Assembly (NCBI GenBank): GCA_965238075.1
Contig: OZ250173.1
Span: 2,720,001 to 2,784,000, forward strand
DNA: 64,000 nucleotides
Direction of reading: 5' to 3'
From: Candidatus Entotheonellaceae bacterium
Lineage (GTDB): Bacteria > Tectomicrobia > Entotheonellia > Entotheonellales > Entotheonellaceae
A program made the translations under genes and the position numbers. This document shows, piece after piece, positions 8,931 to 18,979 of this stretch. Under the pieces are notes generated by a model that had not been told where the DNA came from, ran no database searches, and was given only the letters and a program-made list of their open reading frames with translations. Each line of letters begins with the position of its first letter. The first letter of the stretch is position 1.

Positions 8931-9248
8931 TCAAGATGAAGTCCGAAAAGCGTTGGTCGCGGTAACCAAGGCTGGCGTCCCGCCGAACAGATAGGCCACT
9001 TCCACCGTTTCCGTTATTTCCGCTTCAGAAGCCCCGGCCGCTCGGGCACGGTTGGCGATGGTGGCCACCCCCTCCGGGTGCGCCATGATGGCGTCGACGA
9101 GCATGGTCATAAGGATTTTGTACTTGGCCGGGATGGCCCCATCCGCAAGTATTCGCTGCCGCTGGGCGAGGTATAGGTCACTGAATTCGGGGGCGCGCTG
9201 CTGCAGGCCGGCAATCCATTCCGGCAAGGTGTTCTGATCCATCGTCAT
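8931..9248 (-). CDS. Carboxymuconolactone decarboxylase (CMD/AhpD-like) family protein
   Basis: DGAIPAKYK..ARAAGASEAEITE..GGTP pattern. Confidence 0.85.
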   Translation of the reverse strand: MTMDQNTLPEWIAGLQQRAPEFSDLYLAQRQRILADGAIPAKYKILMTMLVDAIMAHPEGVATIANRARAAGASEAEITETVEVAYLFGGTPALVTATNAFRTSS

Positions 9249-9278
9249 GTTTCCTAATCTGGATGCGGGGATCGGTCA

Positions 9279-10823
9279 TTGGATACGCCAAAGGCCCCGA
9301 ACCTAGGGGGTTCCTCAGCGGAAGTCAAGCATGGAGAACTCTATGGATGGCCCGCAGCGAGCGGCTGGGAGCCGAACGACAGTCGGGTGGCTGAAGCGCC
9401 GCTCGACTGGCAACGTCTGATCCCGGAAAAGCTGCTGCACTGTCTCTGGTTCGACCCCCGCTGGCGCCCCGCCGCCTTGCGCACCCTGGATGGCCAACCC
9501 ATCACCGTGCACTCCCCCGGACGCTGGAACGTCCACCCCGGCCCCGACTTTCAGCAGGCCACGATCACCTTCGCCGATGGCCAGCGACGCCGCGGCGACG
9601 TGGAAATCCACCGTTACGCCTCCGGCTGGACAGCCCACCGGCATCACGGCGACCCGCGTTACAACAACGTGATGCTGCACGTGTTTCTGTGGAATGACCG
9701 CAAGGATCAGGTGGTCGTGCGGGCCGACGGACAGCCCATCCCCCAGGTTGCCCTGGAAAACTACCTGCCACGCCCACTGCTAACATACCGCACCGATGTT
9801 GTCCTGGAAGACTACCCGCGCCAGAACGTGCCGTTGCCGGGCCGCTGCTACGAAGCCTTGCGGCGCCTGGGACCTGATCAGGTGCGCGCCTTCTTGGACC
9901 GCGCCGGCGACGTGCGCCTGCGGGAGCGTATGGGGCGATGGGCGCCGCGGGTGTCCAAGGTGGACCTGGGACAGGCGGCGTACGAGGCGGTGATGCGGGG
10001 ACTGGGTTCGACCGGGCACCGGCAGCATTTCCAGGAACTGGCCCGCAGCGTTTCCTGGCGGGAAGCGCAGGATTGCCTGGACGGCGTGCCGGCGTCAGCG
10101 CGCCGACTGGCTGCCGAGGCGCTGCTTCTCGGCGTGGCGGGGTTGCTTCCCGACATCGACCACGCCGGCCGCTTTGACGACGACACCCAGCGCTACGTCG
10201 GAGACTTGTATGAGCATTGGCTCGGCTTCCCTGCCGCCATTCGGCAGCGTGCCTGGCATACGGTCAACTGGCGTCAACCCAACGTGCGCCCGGCCAATAG
10301 TCCCGAACGCCGTCTGGCGGGCATGGCCTGTCTCCTGGACGCCTGCCACGGCACGACGTTGACGGACGCCGGCGCGTCGCTGTGCAGCAGTTCGGCAGCC
10401 GACAACAACGCCAAGTCCCGTGAGCTTTGTAACGCCCTCACCGCCCTGCTGATCTGCGGCGAGCCGTCGTACTGGACCCGTAGGCCGCGTTTCGGAAGCC
10501 GCCGAGGGCGTTCGCAGCACCTCATCGGCGCCGGGCGGGCGCTCACCGTCGTCATTGACGCCCTGTTGCCTATGCTGCTGCTCTTCGCCCAGCATCACGC
10601 CGATACGTCCCTGCGCAACAATCTCCTGGCCGCCTACCAAGCGGCGCCGCGCCTGCCGGACAACCACGCGCTGCGCTACATGGCGCGCCGTTTGCTAGGG
10701 GATGACGCGTCGCTGCTGTCCCTGGTTACGGGGGCTCGTCAGCAGCAGGGCCTATTGCAGGTGCTGATCGATCATTGCGGCAACGATGAGGGGGGTTGCC
10801 AGGGATGCGACTTTCCGCTGTGA
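9279..10823 (+). CDS. DUF2851 family protein
   Basis: EKLLHCLW, PGRWN..GPDF, GDVEIH..W.AH.H..DPRYNNV.LHV, RPANSP.RRLA, QQQGL, C-terminal Cys cluster; start uncertain. Confidence 0.85.
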   Translation: MDTPKAPNLGGSSAEVKHGELYGWPAASGWEPNDSRVAEAPLDWQRLIPEKLLHCLWFDPRWRPAALRTLDGQPITVHSPGRWNVHPGPDFQQATITFADGQRRRGDVEIHRYASGWTAHRHHGDPRYNNVMLHVFLWNDRKDQVVVRADGQPIPQVALENYLPRPLLTYRTDVVLEDYPRQNVPLPGRCYEALRRLGPDQVRAFLDRAGDVRLRERMGRWAPRVSKVDLGQAAYEAVMRGLGSTGHRQHFQELARSVSWREAQDCLDGVPASARRLAAEALLLGVAGLLPDIDHAGRFDDDTQRYVGDLYEHWLGFPAAIRQRAWHTVNWRQPNVRPANSPERRLAGMACLLDACHGTTLTDAGASLCSSSAADNNAKSRELCNALTALLICGEPSYWTRRPRFGSRRGRSQHLIGAGRALTVVIDALLPMLLLFAQHHADTSLRNNLLAAYQAAPRLPDNHALRYMARRLLGDDASLLSLVTGARQQQGLLQVLIDHCGNDEGGCQGCDFPL

Positions 10824-10849
10824 GGTCGGAATCTGAAGGGGCCGGGCTG

Positions 10850-11599
10850 TCAGGCGTGATACATCATCGCTGCCAAGACCAGCACCAACGTCTCGCCCAT
10901 CTCGTTTGTCGCCCCCAGTACGTCCGCGGTGATGCCGCCCAGGCGTTTGCGAAAGTAGGTTTGCAGGCCAAACGTTGCCAGGCTGACCAGGGTGCCGATC
11001 AACACCCCGCCGACGCCGCCAAAGCACACGACGATGATGAGCGACCACGGCAGGGTGGCGGTGAAGTGGTCCCGCCGCCGGGCGCCGCGCACGAACGGCT
11101 CGCCGAACCCGCCGCCCGGACGCGCGTAAGCGGAGAAGCAGGCCACCTGAACCATCGCGTAGCGGCTCAGGGTGCCCAGCAGCACCAGCGTCATCAGCAT
11201 ACCCTCGTCGGGTATAACGCTGAGGCTGGCAAACTTGATCAGCAGCACCAGCGCCACGCTCATGACGCCCATGGCGCCGAGGTGCTGTTCCTTGAAGATG
11301 CGGAGGGTGGTCTGGCGGTCATGACCGCCGCTCAGGCCGTCCATGGTGGTGGCGAGGCCGCTGAGGTGAACACCGCCGGTAACCAGGCAGAGGCCGGCCA
11401 GGAGCAGGGCGGCCACAATCGGCGGCGGAAAGACGTAGGCGAGCAGCAGGTAGAGGCTCCATAACGCGCAGCCAATGCCGGCGCCGACGAGCGGGTAATA
11501 CGCCATGGCGCTCCCGAACAGCTCCGGCGACCACGTATCCGTTGCCCGCAGCCGGTAGACCGTCAGGAGTCCCAGGGCGCGCCGTAAATCGTCCACCAT
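10850..11599 (-). CDS. cobS: Adenosylcobinamide-GDP ribazoletransferase (cobalamin synthase)
   Basis: YPLVG, TGGVHLSGLATTMDG, GAMGV and LGGITADVLGA motifs. Confidence 0.85.
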   Translation of the reverse strand: MVDDLRRALGLLTVYRLRATDTWSPELFGSAMAYYPLVGAGIGCALWSLYLLLAYVFPPPIVAALLLAGLCLVTGGVHLSGLATTMDGLSGGHDRQTTLRIFKEQHLGAMGVMSVALVLLIKFASLSVIPDEGMLMTLVLLGTLSRYAMVQVACFSAYARPGGGFGEPFVRGARRRDHFTATLPWSLIIVVCFGGVGGVLIGTLVSLATFGLQTYFRKRLGGITADVLGATNEMGETLVLVLAAMMYHA

Positions 11600-11807
11600 A
11601 GCCTTTATCTCCTCCAAAATCCGGCGTTTATGTTAGAGGGCATGACCGTTGCGGGCAAGGCCGAAGCGCCGTGTCTGGAAAGCCCCCGGGCCGTCGGGCT
11701 TCACGCGCTGGCGCTCGTGTTACCCTATCTTACAGGCTCAATTTTGCGCTCCGTTCGCTGTGGGCGGACGAGACCCCCGCATGACCCAATCAGGAAGGAG
11801 AAACGCT

Positions 11808-12713
11808 ATGCGCAAACCTGCCGTCAGCCTGGCCGCCGTTGCCGGACGCCGCCAGGCCACCTTGGAACTCGCCCAACGCCTTGAGCAGGAAGGATTCAGC
11901 GGCATTTATTGTCCGAGTTTTGGCGATGGCATGGGACTCTGCGAAGCCCTGGCCCTGGTGACCAAAGAGATTCCGTTTGGCACCAGTATCGCCAACATTT
12001 ACACGCGCCACGCCTACGACTATGCCCTGAGCGCGACACTCATCCACGAGTTGTCCGGCGGACGCTTCCGATTCGGCATTGGCGTCAGCCACGCACCGGC
12101 GCACACCCGTTTGCGGGTGCGGGTCGGCAAGCCATTGGGCGACATGCGGCAATTTGTTGAAGATTTGCAAACTGGCGCCCAGCGCAACGGCGACCTGCCG
12201 CCCATCGTGCTGGCCACCCTGCGCCGCAAAATGGTGCAACTGGCGTCGGAAATCGCTCAGGGCGCGGTGTGGGCCAATGCCGCCCGGTCACACGTGGCCA
12301 CGTCGCTCGGCCACCTGTCGCCGGTGGCCCGCCAGGACCCGAACTTCTTCCTCGGCAACATGATTCCGATTTGCATCGATGACGACAAAGCCGCCGCCGC
12401 AGCCGTCAACCGGCGAACCCTCACCGGCTACGTGCGCCTGCCTAACTACCAGAATTACTGGATTGAAGCCGGGTTTGAAGACGAGATGACGGCGATTCGG
12501 CAGGCCATTGCCAACGGCGAGGACGCCAGGATTCCGGAACTCATGTCCGACCGCTGGCTGCAGCAAGTCACCCTGTACGGCAGCGCCGCCGAGGTGCGCG
12601 AGGGCGTGGAAGCCTGGTACGACGTGGGTATCAATACGCCCATCGTCGTGCCGTCGTCCACGAAGGGCGGCCAGATGGTCGCGTTTCAGGAACTGCTTGA
12701 AGCCTGGCGATGA
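11808..12713 (+). CDS. LLM-class flavin-dependent oxidoreductase
   Basis: FGTSIANIY, LSGGRFRFGIGVSH; AAGGAG SD. Confidence 0.9.
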   Translation: MRKPAVSLAAVAGRRQATLELAQRLEQEGFSGIYCPSFGDGMGLCEALALVTKEIPFGTSIANIYTRHAYDYALSATLIHELSGGRFRFGIGVSHAPAHTRLRVRVGKPLGDMRQFVEDLQTGAQRNGDLPPIVLATLRRKMVQLASEIAQGAVWANAARSHVATSLGHLSPVARQDPNFFLGNMIPICIDDDKAAAAAVNRRTLTGYVRLPNYQNYWIEAGFEDEMTAIRQAIANGEDARIPELMSDRWLQQVTLYGSAAEVREGVEAWYDVGINTPIVVPSSTKGGQMVAFQELLEAWR

Positions 12714-12757
12714 GGGAGGGTGTGCAGTTGGCAAGGCGGCGTCCGGTTTCTCGATGC

Positions 12758-14134
12758 TTACTGCGTGTTGACCGTCGCAATGACCGACATGCCCGGGCGC
12801 AGCATGACGCCGGGCGACGCTGACGGCTCGATGCGGATTTTGACCGGCACGCGCTGCACGACCTTGACGAAATTGCCGGTGGCGTTTTCGGGCGGCAACA
12901 GGCTGAAGATGGCGCCCGTGCCGGGGCTGAGGCTCTCTACGGTGCCGGAGAAGACCTCCTCGGGGTAGGCATCCACTTGCAGAGTGGCGCGCTGTCCGGG
13001 CCGCATGTACTGCAGTTGGGTTTCCTTGAAATTGGCCTCCACCCACACTTCCTGCAGCGGCACCAGCGCCAGCAACGGCCGTCCGGGCTGCACGACCTGT
13101 CCGATCTCCAGGTTTTTCTTGGCGACCACACCGGCAACCGGCGCCTTCAGCGTGGTGTATTGCAATTGCAGACGGGCGTAGGCAAGGTCCGCCTCGGCCT
13201 GCTGCAAGAGGGCCTGCGCGACCTTGACCTCTGCCTCCTGGATGTCAACGCTCTGATGTTGCGCCTGCGATCCCTCCACCGTGGCCTGGGCTTCCGCCAC
13301 CAATTCCTCTTCTCCCTGCACCATCTCCTGCTTCAGACTCAGGTCCGCCTTGGCAGCGTCCAATTCCTCGCGCGTCTGCTGCAGAGTTTCCGACTTGGCA
13401 CGTTTTTCGGCCTCCGCAGCCTGCAAGGCACTGAGCGCCTGGTCGAATTGCTGCTGCGCCACCACGCCGTCGGTTAAAAGGTTTTTCATCCGGTCGAAGC
13501 CGGTCTGGGCCATGGCGACGTGCACGTCCTGGGTGTCCACGTCGGCCTGCGCCGCAGCCACCGCGGCCTCCCAGGTGCGCAACCGCGCTTCGGCCTTTTC
13601 GGCGCCGTGCTGCGCCTCGCGCAGGGCGCTTTGGGCGGCCCGTAGGGAGGCGCCGGTGCGCACCGTGGCGTTGCTGGTGCTGTCCTGCGTTAACAGCACT
13701 TTCAGCTCGGCGTGCTGAAGGCGTGCTGCCGCCACCGCCACCATGGCTTTCGCCTGGACAACCCGGGCGGCAAAATCGTCGGGGTCGAGTTCCGCCAGTA
13801 GCTGGCCGTCTTCCACCTGCTGATGTTCGGAGGCGTATACGGTCATGACGGTGCCGCTGACGCGGGCGCTGATGGGCACGATATCGCCAGTCACATAGGC
13901 GTCATCGGTGGTCTCGTGGACCTGGTAGTAGCGCCACAATCGCAGCCCGTAAGGCGTGCTGACAGCGATCAGGATGAGACACAGCAGAGGGCCAAGGACG
14001 CGCTTGCGCAGCCACACGGGGCGGCTGCCGGCCAGCCGGGGTGCGGCGATGGGGTCCTCATTCACGTCCTGCGGGGAAGCGGGGTTGGAAGCGTGCGGGC
14101 CGCCCGGTTGGGCGCCGTGGCTTTCTTCGGCCAT
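12758..14134 (-). CDS. HlyD/EmrA-family membrane fusion protein
   Basis: TDDAYV, APVAG, VEANFKET, FSLLPPENATGNFVKVVQRVPV. Confidence 0.92.
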   Translation of the reverse strand: MAEESHGAQPGGPHASNPASPQDVNEDPIAAPRLAGSRPVWLRKRVLGPLLCLILIAVSTPYGLRLWRYYQVHETTDDAYVTGDIVPISARVSGTVMTVYASEHQQVEDGQLLAELDPDDFAARVVQAKAMVAVAAARLQHAELKVLLTQDSTSNATVRTGASLRAAQSALREAQHGAEKAEARLRTWEAAVAAAQADVDTQDVHVAMAQTGFDRMKNLLTDGVVAQQQFDQALSALQAAEAEKRAKSETLQQTREELDAAKADLSLKQEMVQGEEELVAEAQATVEGSQAQHQSVDIQEAEVKVAQALLQQAEADLAYARLQLQYTTLKAPVAGVVAKKNLEIGQVVQPGRPLLALVPLQEVWVEANFKETQLQYMRPGQRATLQVDAYPEEVFSGTVESLSPGTGAIFSLLPPENATGNFVKVVQRVPVKIRIEPSASPGVMLRPGMSVIATVNTQ

Positions 14135-14409
14135 TGTGTTGACTCCATGAGGGGCGCCCCGGTTCCTTAGGGACGCGATTTTGTGCGCGCCAGTGTTGGC
14201 GGGCAACCGCAATTAAAACGCTCTTGTCCAGAATTGAATCTTTAATTGTACCAGCAACAAGCTCCCGGCATGGGGGCGAATAGTATTCTGTCTGCAGACG
14301 GGATTGCAAACCGCGGTCACCGCCTCGGTCCCTATTGACTTTTGCCGGGAAGTCCAAACAATAACGCCCCGGCACCATCACAATCATTCCCGCTGTCAGG
14401 AGGCAGACC

Positions 14410-16014
14410 ATGACCGCAGTCGCGCAACCTCAACGTACCGGATGGAAATCGCTGCTGCTGGCGGGTCTGTTGCTGGCTTGTTGCAACGCCGTCATGGCAG
14501 CCGGGGGCACGCTTAAAATCATCCCGCATGCCGACCTGAAGAATACCGACCCGATCTGGACCACTGCCTACATCACCCGCAACCACGGCTACATGATTTA
14601 CGACACGCTGTTTTCGCTGGATGCCAATCTGCAGCCGCAGCCGCAGATGGTGGACACCTGGACCGTCAGCGACGACGGCCTGATCTACACGTTCATCCTG
14701 CGCGACGGGTTGCAGTGGCATGACGGCGCGCCGGTGCGGGCGGCGGATTGTGTGGCGTCGATCCAACGTTGGGGTAAGCGCGACGGCATGGGCCAGAAGC
14801 TGCTGGAATTCACCCAATCCCTCACCGTCGCGGACGACCGCACCTTCACGCTGACGCTTACGGAGCCGTATGGACTGGTGCTGGAATCTCTGGGCAAGCT
14901 GAGCAGCAACGTGCCGTTCATGATGCCGGAACGCCTGGCGAAAACCGATGCCTTTACCCAGATCACCGAGCCCATCGGTTCGGGGCCGTTCGTGTTCGTG
15001 AAGGACGAGTGGATACCGGGCAGCAAGGTCATTTACGTCCGCAATCCCGACTACGTACCGCGCCCGGAGCCGCCGAGCTTCGCTGCCGGGGGCAAGCGGG
15101 TGCACGTCGAGCGGGTGGAATGGCTGTACATCCCGAACCCGGCGACCGCGCAGGCGGCCCTGGTAGCCGGGGAGGTGGATTATTACGAACGCCCGCCGGT
15201 CGATCTGCTGCCTCTCATGGAGAGGGAGCCCGGCCTCACCGTAGCGGTAATCGATCCGCTTGGCACCCAGGGCTGGCTACGCCCCAATCACCTGCACCCG
15301 CCATTCAACCGCAAGGAGGCGCGCCAGGCGCTGCTGTGGATGGTCAACCAGGAAGATTATCTGCGGGTGATCGTCGGCGATCCGCAATTCTGGCGCACCT
15401 GCGGCTCGTACTTCATGTGCGGCACGTCGCTCGAGACTGATGTGGCCTCTGAGGCGCTCGTGCAACAGGACCTGGACAAGGCCAGACAATTGATGCAGGA
15501 CGCCGGCTACGCGGGTGAGACAATCGTGCTCATGGACCCGACGGACATCCCGCTTCTCCACGGCGCCTCGCTGGTCACGGCGCAGATGCTGAAGAAGATC
15601 GGTGTCAACGTGCAGGTGCAGGCGATGGACTGGAGCACGCTGACGTCGCGGCGGGTCGAGAAGAAAGCCCCCTCGGAGGGTGGCTGGCACTTGTTTCACA
15701 CCTGGGCGACGGGCGCCGACGTGGCCTCGCCGGTCAACAACATCGGCTTGTCGGGCGGCTGCGAGGAGAAAGCCTGGTTTGGCTGGCCGTGCGATGAGCG
15801 GCTCGAAAAGCTGCGCGACGACTGGGCGCGGGCCACGGATCCAGGGCAGCAAAAGTCCATCGCCGAGGCGCTGCAGCGCGCGGCGTACGACAACGTGCCG
15901 TACGTCAATTACGGCCAGTGGTTCCTGCCGACCGTGTACCGCAAGTCCCTTCAAGGCGTCATCGTCTCGCCGGTGCCGTTCTTCTGGAACATCGTCATAG
16001 CTGAGCAGGGGTGA
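14410..16014 (+). CDS. ABC transporter solute-binding protein family 5 (peptide/nickel type)
   Basis: Signal peptide, YDTLF, LRDGLQWHDG, PIGSGPF. Confidence 0.92.
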   Translation: MTAVAQPQRTGWKSLLLAGLLLACCNAVMAAGGTLKIIPHADLKNTDPIWTTAYITRNHGYMIYDTLFSLDANLQPQPQMVDTWTVSDDGLIYTFILRDGLQWHDGAPVRAADCVASIQRWGKRDGMGQKLLEFTQSLTVADDRTFTLTLTEPYGLVLESLGKLSSNVPFMMPERLAKTDAFTQITEPIGSGPFVFVKDEWIPGSKVIYVRNPDYVPRPEPPSFAAGGKRVHVERVEWLYIPNPATAQAALVAGEVDYYERPPVDLLPLMEREPGLTVAVIDPLGTQGWLRPNHLHPPFNRKEARQALLWMVNQEDYLRVIVGDPQFWRTCGSYFMCGTSLETDVASEALVQQDLDKARQLMQDAGYAGETIVLMDPTDIPLLHGASLVTAQMLKKIGVNVQVQAMDWSTLTSRRVEKKAPSEGGWHLFHTWATGADVASPVNNIGLSGGCEEKAWFGWPCDERLEKLRDDWARATDPGQQKSIAEALQRAAYDNVPYVNYGQWFLPTVYRKSLQGVIVSPVPFFWNIVIAEQG

Positions 16015-16032
16015 TCAAACGGTGACCACGCT

Positions 16033-16974
16033 ATGATTGCCTACCTGCTGCGCCGCCTGCTCGCCACGATTCCGGTGATGCTGGTGGTCGCGCTGTTCGT
16101 TTTCGCCCTGTTGCACCTCAGCCCCGGCGATCCCGCCGCGGTGATCGCCGGGGACTACGCCTCGCCGGAAGATATTGAACGCATCCGCCACAAGCTCGGG
16201 CTGGACGCGCCGCTGCATCAACAGTTGGGCATCTGGCTGTGGCAGGTCGTGCGGGGGGACCTGGGCACGTCGATCTTCTCCAACCTGCCGGTCTCCAAGC
16301 TCATCGGCCAACGTCTGGAGGCGACGCTGACGCTCACCGTCTGCACCATGATATTTGCTGTGCTCCTGGCGGTGCCGATGGGGGTGGTGGCGGCCTGGAA
16401 GGCGGGCACCTGGATTGACCGCTCGGTGATGGTGTTTGCCGTGCTGGGCTTTTCCCTGCCGGTTTTCTGGCTGGGGTTCCTGTTCATCTTCGGTTTTGCC
16501 CTCAAGCTTCAGATTCTGCCCGTTCAGGGCTACGTCAGCATTCGCGAAGGGCTGTGGCCCTGCCTGCGGCATCTGGTGCTGCCGAGCCTGACCCTCGGCA
16601 TGGTGTACATGGCGCTGATCGCCCGCATGACCCGCGCCAGCATGCTGGAGGTGCTGCGCGAGGACTACATTCGCACCGCCCACGCCAAGGGGCTGAAGCC
16701 GCACGTCGTGCTGCTGTGGCACGCCCTGAAAAATGCCTCCCTGCCGATCGTCACGGTTATCGGCGTGGGGGTCGCGCTGCTCATCGGCGGCGTCGTGGTG
16801 ACCGAGAGCGTCTTCGCTATTCCGGGCCTCGGCCGCCTCACGGTCGACGCCATCCTGCACCGCGATTATCCCGTCATCCAGGGGATCATTCTGATTTTCT
16901 CGGCTATCTACGTGCTGATTAACCTGCTGGTGGATCTTATGTACATGGTCCTCGACCCCCGCATTCGCTACTAG
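16033..16974 (+). CDS. Peptide/nickel ABC permease (DppB-like)
   Basis: PGDPA, DYIRTAHAKG, RDYPVIQG, DPRIRY. Confidence 0.93.
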   Translation: MIAYLLRRLLATIPVMLVVALFVFALLHLSPGDPAAVIAGDYASPEDIERIRHKLGLDAPLHQQLGIWLWQVVRGDLGTSIFSNLPVSKLIGQRLEATLTLTVCTMIFAVLLAVPMGVVAAWKAGTWIDRSVMVFAVLGFSLPVFWLGFLFIFGFALKLQILPVQGYVSIREGLWPCLRHLVLPSLTLGMVYMALIARMTRASMLEVLREDYIRTAHAKGLKPHVVLLWHALKNASLPIVTVIGVGVALLIGGVVVTESVFAIPGLGRLTVDAILHRDYPVIQGIILIFSAIYVLINLLVDLMYMVLDPRIRY

Positions 16975-16999
16975 CGGCAACGTATGTCCCCTTGTTGTT

Positions 17000-17041
17000 C
17001 CCTCTCCCCTGGCGGGAGAGGGTTGGGGTGAGGGGGAAATC
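17000..17041 (+). repeat. Palindromic REP-like element (CCCTCTCCC..GGGAGAGGGTTGGGGTGAGGGGG), copy 1
   Basis: Near-identical to 28758-28800 and 44455-44494. Confidence 0.85.
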
Positions 17042-17060
17042 CAGGGAACACGAGCGTCTT

Positions 17061-17942
17061 ATGGTGATAGCAACCGCACAACCCCATCTCGTCGAAGACC
17101 GGCCGCGTTCCGCTTTCCTCCTGCGCATGCTCAGGCGCAATCCCACCATGGTCGGCGGCGCCTGTTTCCTGCTCGTCATGCTGGTGGCGGCCGCAGGCGC
17201 GCCCTACTTCGGCACCATCGATCCTGAGGAACTGAACCCTATTGATCGGCTGCGCGGCCCATCGCTGACGTACTGGTTCGGCACCGACATGCTGGGCCGC
17301 GACCTGTACAGCCGCACGGTGTACGGCAGCCGCATTTCGCTTATGGTCGGATTTTGCGTGGCGGTGCTGAGCCTGACGATCGGGCTGGCCATCGGGCTGC
17401 TGAGCGGCTACCTGCGGCGCGTTGATGCCGTGGTTATGCGGATCATGGACGGCATTATGGCCATCCCGGCCATTCTGCTCGCCATTGCCCTGATGGCGTT
17501 GATGAACGCCAGCGCGCAAAACGTCATCATCGCGCTGACCATCCCGGAAATCCCGCGCGTCGTGCGCCTCGTTCGCGCCCTGGTGCTCAGCCTTCGGGAG
17601 CAGGCGTTCGTAGAGGCGTCGCGCGCCGTGGGGGCGGGCATCTGGCGGGTGCTGCTGCGGCATGTGACGCCCAACACCGTAGCGCCGCTCATCGTGCAGG
17701 GCACGTACATCTGCGCCTCGGCGGTCATCTTCGAGGCCTATCTCAGCTTTCTCGGCGCCGGCACGCCGCCGAACATTCCGAGCTGGGGTAACATCATGGC
17801 AGAAGGGCGGACGTACGTGCAGATCGCCTTCTGGATCATTCTCTTCCCCGGCCTGTTCCTGGCGCTCACGGTCCTGGCCGTCAACCTCCTCGGCGATGGC
17901 CTGCGCGATACGCTGGACCCCAAGCTGGCGCGGCGTATGTAG
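17061..17942 (+). CDS. Peptide/nickel ABC permease (DppC-like)
   Basis: FGTDMLGRD, LSFLG, SWG, GDGLRD.LDP. Confidence 0.93.
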   Translation: MVIATAQPHLVEDRPRSAFLLRMLRRNPTMVGGACFLLVMLVAAAGAPYFGTIDPEELNPIDRLRGPSLTYWFGTDMLGRDLYSRTVYGSRISLMVGFCVAVLSLTIGLAIGLLSGYLRRVDAVVMRIMDGIMAIPAILLAIALMALMNASAQNVIIALTIPEIPRVVRLVRALVLSLREQAFVEASRAVGAGIWRVLLRHVTPNTVAPLIVQGTYICASAVIFEAYLSFLGAGTPPNIPSWGNIMAEGRTYVQIAFWIILFPGLFLALTVLAVNLLGDGLRDTLDPKLARRM

Positions 17943-18075
17943 GCGTGGCTTGGCTGAGTAGACTGTTGCCATTGGGCGACGCTGGTGCGGAGCATGCCCC
18001 GCCTCATTGGCACGATATTCCTGATCTGATCGAGGTCATCAATAATCCCCATGCTTCGTTAAGACCGGTATAAGG

Positions 18076-18113
18076 ATGACGAAATTGTCATCTTCTTGTC
18101 ATTGTCCTGTCAT
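18076..18113 (+). promoter_or_regulatory. OmpR/PhoB-family (CusR-like) operator
   Basis: ATGACGAAATTGTCAT inverted repeat plus TGTCAT at 18086, 18097 and 18108 (11-bp period). Confidence 0.7.
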
Positions 18114-18201
18114 TTATTCTGCTTATATTGCACCTCATCCTCCCAATTGGCATTTGTCGTCGAAGCGCCAAATACCTTTGACACACCTCAGCTATGGAGA
18201 G

Positions 18202-18884
18202 ATGGGATGGAATAGCCAGCGTGCGCCCCTGTTATCAGGCCGGTCGACGTGCTCCTGGAGCCGCTCTGTCCTGGATTTGACTCTGCTGTTCATCGCGCTG
18301 CTGGCACTCGGCAGTTGTGGGGGTGGCGGTGATGACAGCAGCAGTGGTGCCACTGGTCCGGTCGTCGCGAGTTGCCAAGGCGCCATCTTCATTCAGGCGC
18401 CGGTGGAAGCGATAGATGTGAACTCGCAGACCCTGACCTTGCTCGGCTTGATCGTTCAAGTTGACGACTTTACCCGATTCCACGACGCCAATCTGGCAGA
18501 CCTTGCGGTTGGTAATTACATTGACATGCGTGGCGACGTCGACTTGGATGGCACCATTGTCGCAAGCTGTCTGGAGCGCGAGGCGGCGCGTGATGAAGTG
18601 AAGCTGCGGGGACCTGTCGATGCGAATGGCATCGCCGAGTCCCGGCTGTTCATCTTGGGGGTTGAGGTTCAAATCAGCGCCAATACGGTGTTTGCAGACG
18701 GCAACCTGACGCAGGCGGGTTTCTTTGCTCGGTAAAGCCGGGCGATCTGGTTGCAGTAAGAGGTCAGCTTGGCAGCATCCTCGCTGAGGCAATCCAATTC
18801 GACGACAGCGGTGGCTCGTCACCAGACCTGGACGACGATGATGACGACGACGGGTTGGCGGACGACGATGACGATGACGACTAG
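18202..18884 (+). pseudogene. DUF5666-like lipoprotein with Asp-rich tail, frameshifted near 18731
   Basis: Lipobox LGSC followed by GGGG; repeated 'GPV..TL.ILG..V.V...T.F' units; the shifted frame continues VKPGDLVAVRG...DDDDDDD to TAG 18884. Confidence 0.7.
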
Positions 18885-18979
18885 GATGAACGACTCGGGG
18901 TGTGGGTATTTACACAATGCCTCCCCACCATCTGACGTACATCGATCCCTGTTTTCAGGTTTTCTTGGAGGTGCTCAAG

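Noticed and set aside
10850-11800. Cobalamin riboswitch upstream of cobS
   Set aside because: No recognisable B12-box or conserved core in 11600-11800.
14410-17942. Peptide ABC operon without ATPase genes
   Set aside because: Common in transporter-rich genomes where ATPases are shared; no sign of a deletion.
17943-18070. Possible gene remnant between the ABC operon and the metal-response island
   Set aside because: The translations I checked gave no recognisable motif.
18830-18884. GACGAT/GACGAC microsatellite and the 327-aa ORF 18769-19752
   Set aside because: It encodes the poly-Asp tail of the frameshifted lipoprotein; not a CRISPR or independent repeat, and the long ORF is off-frame.
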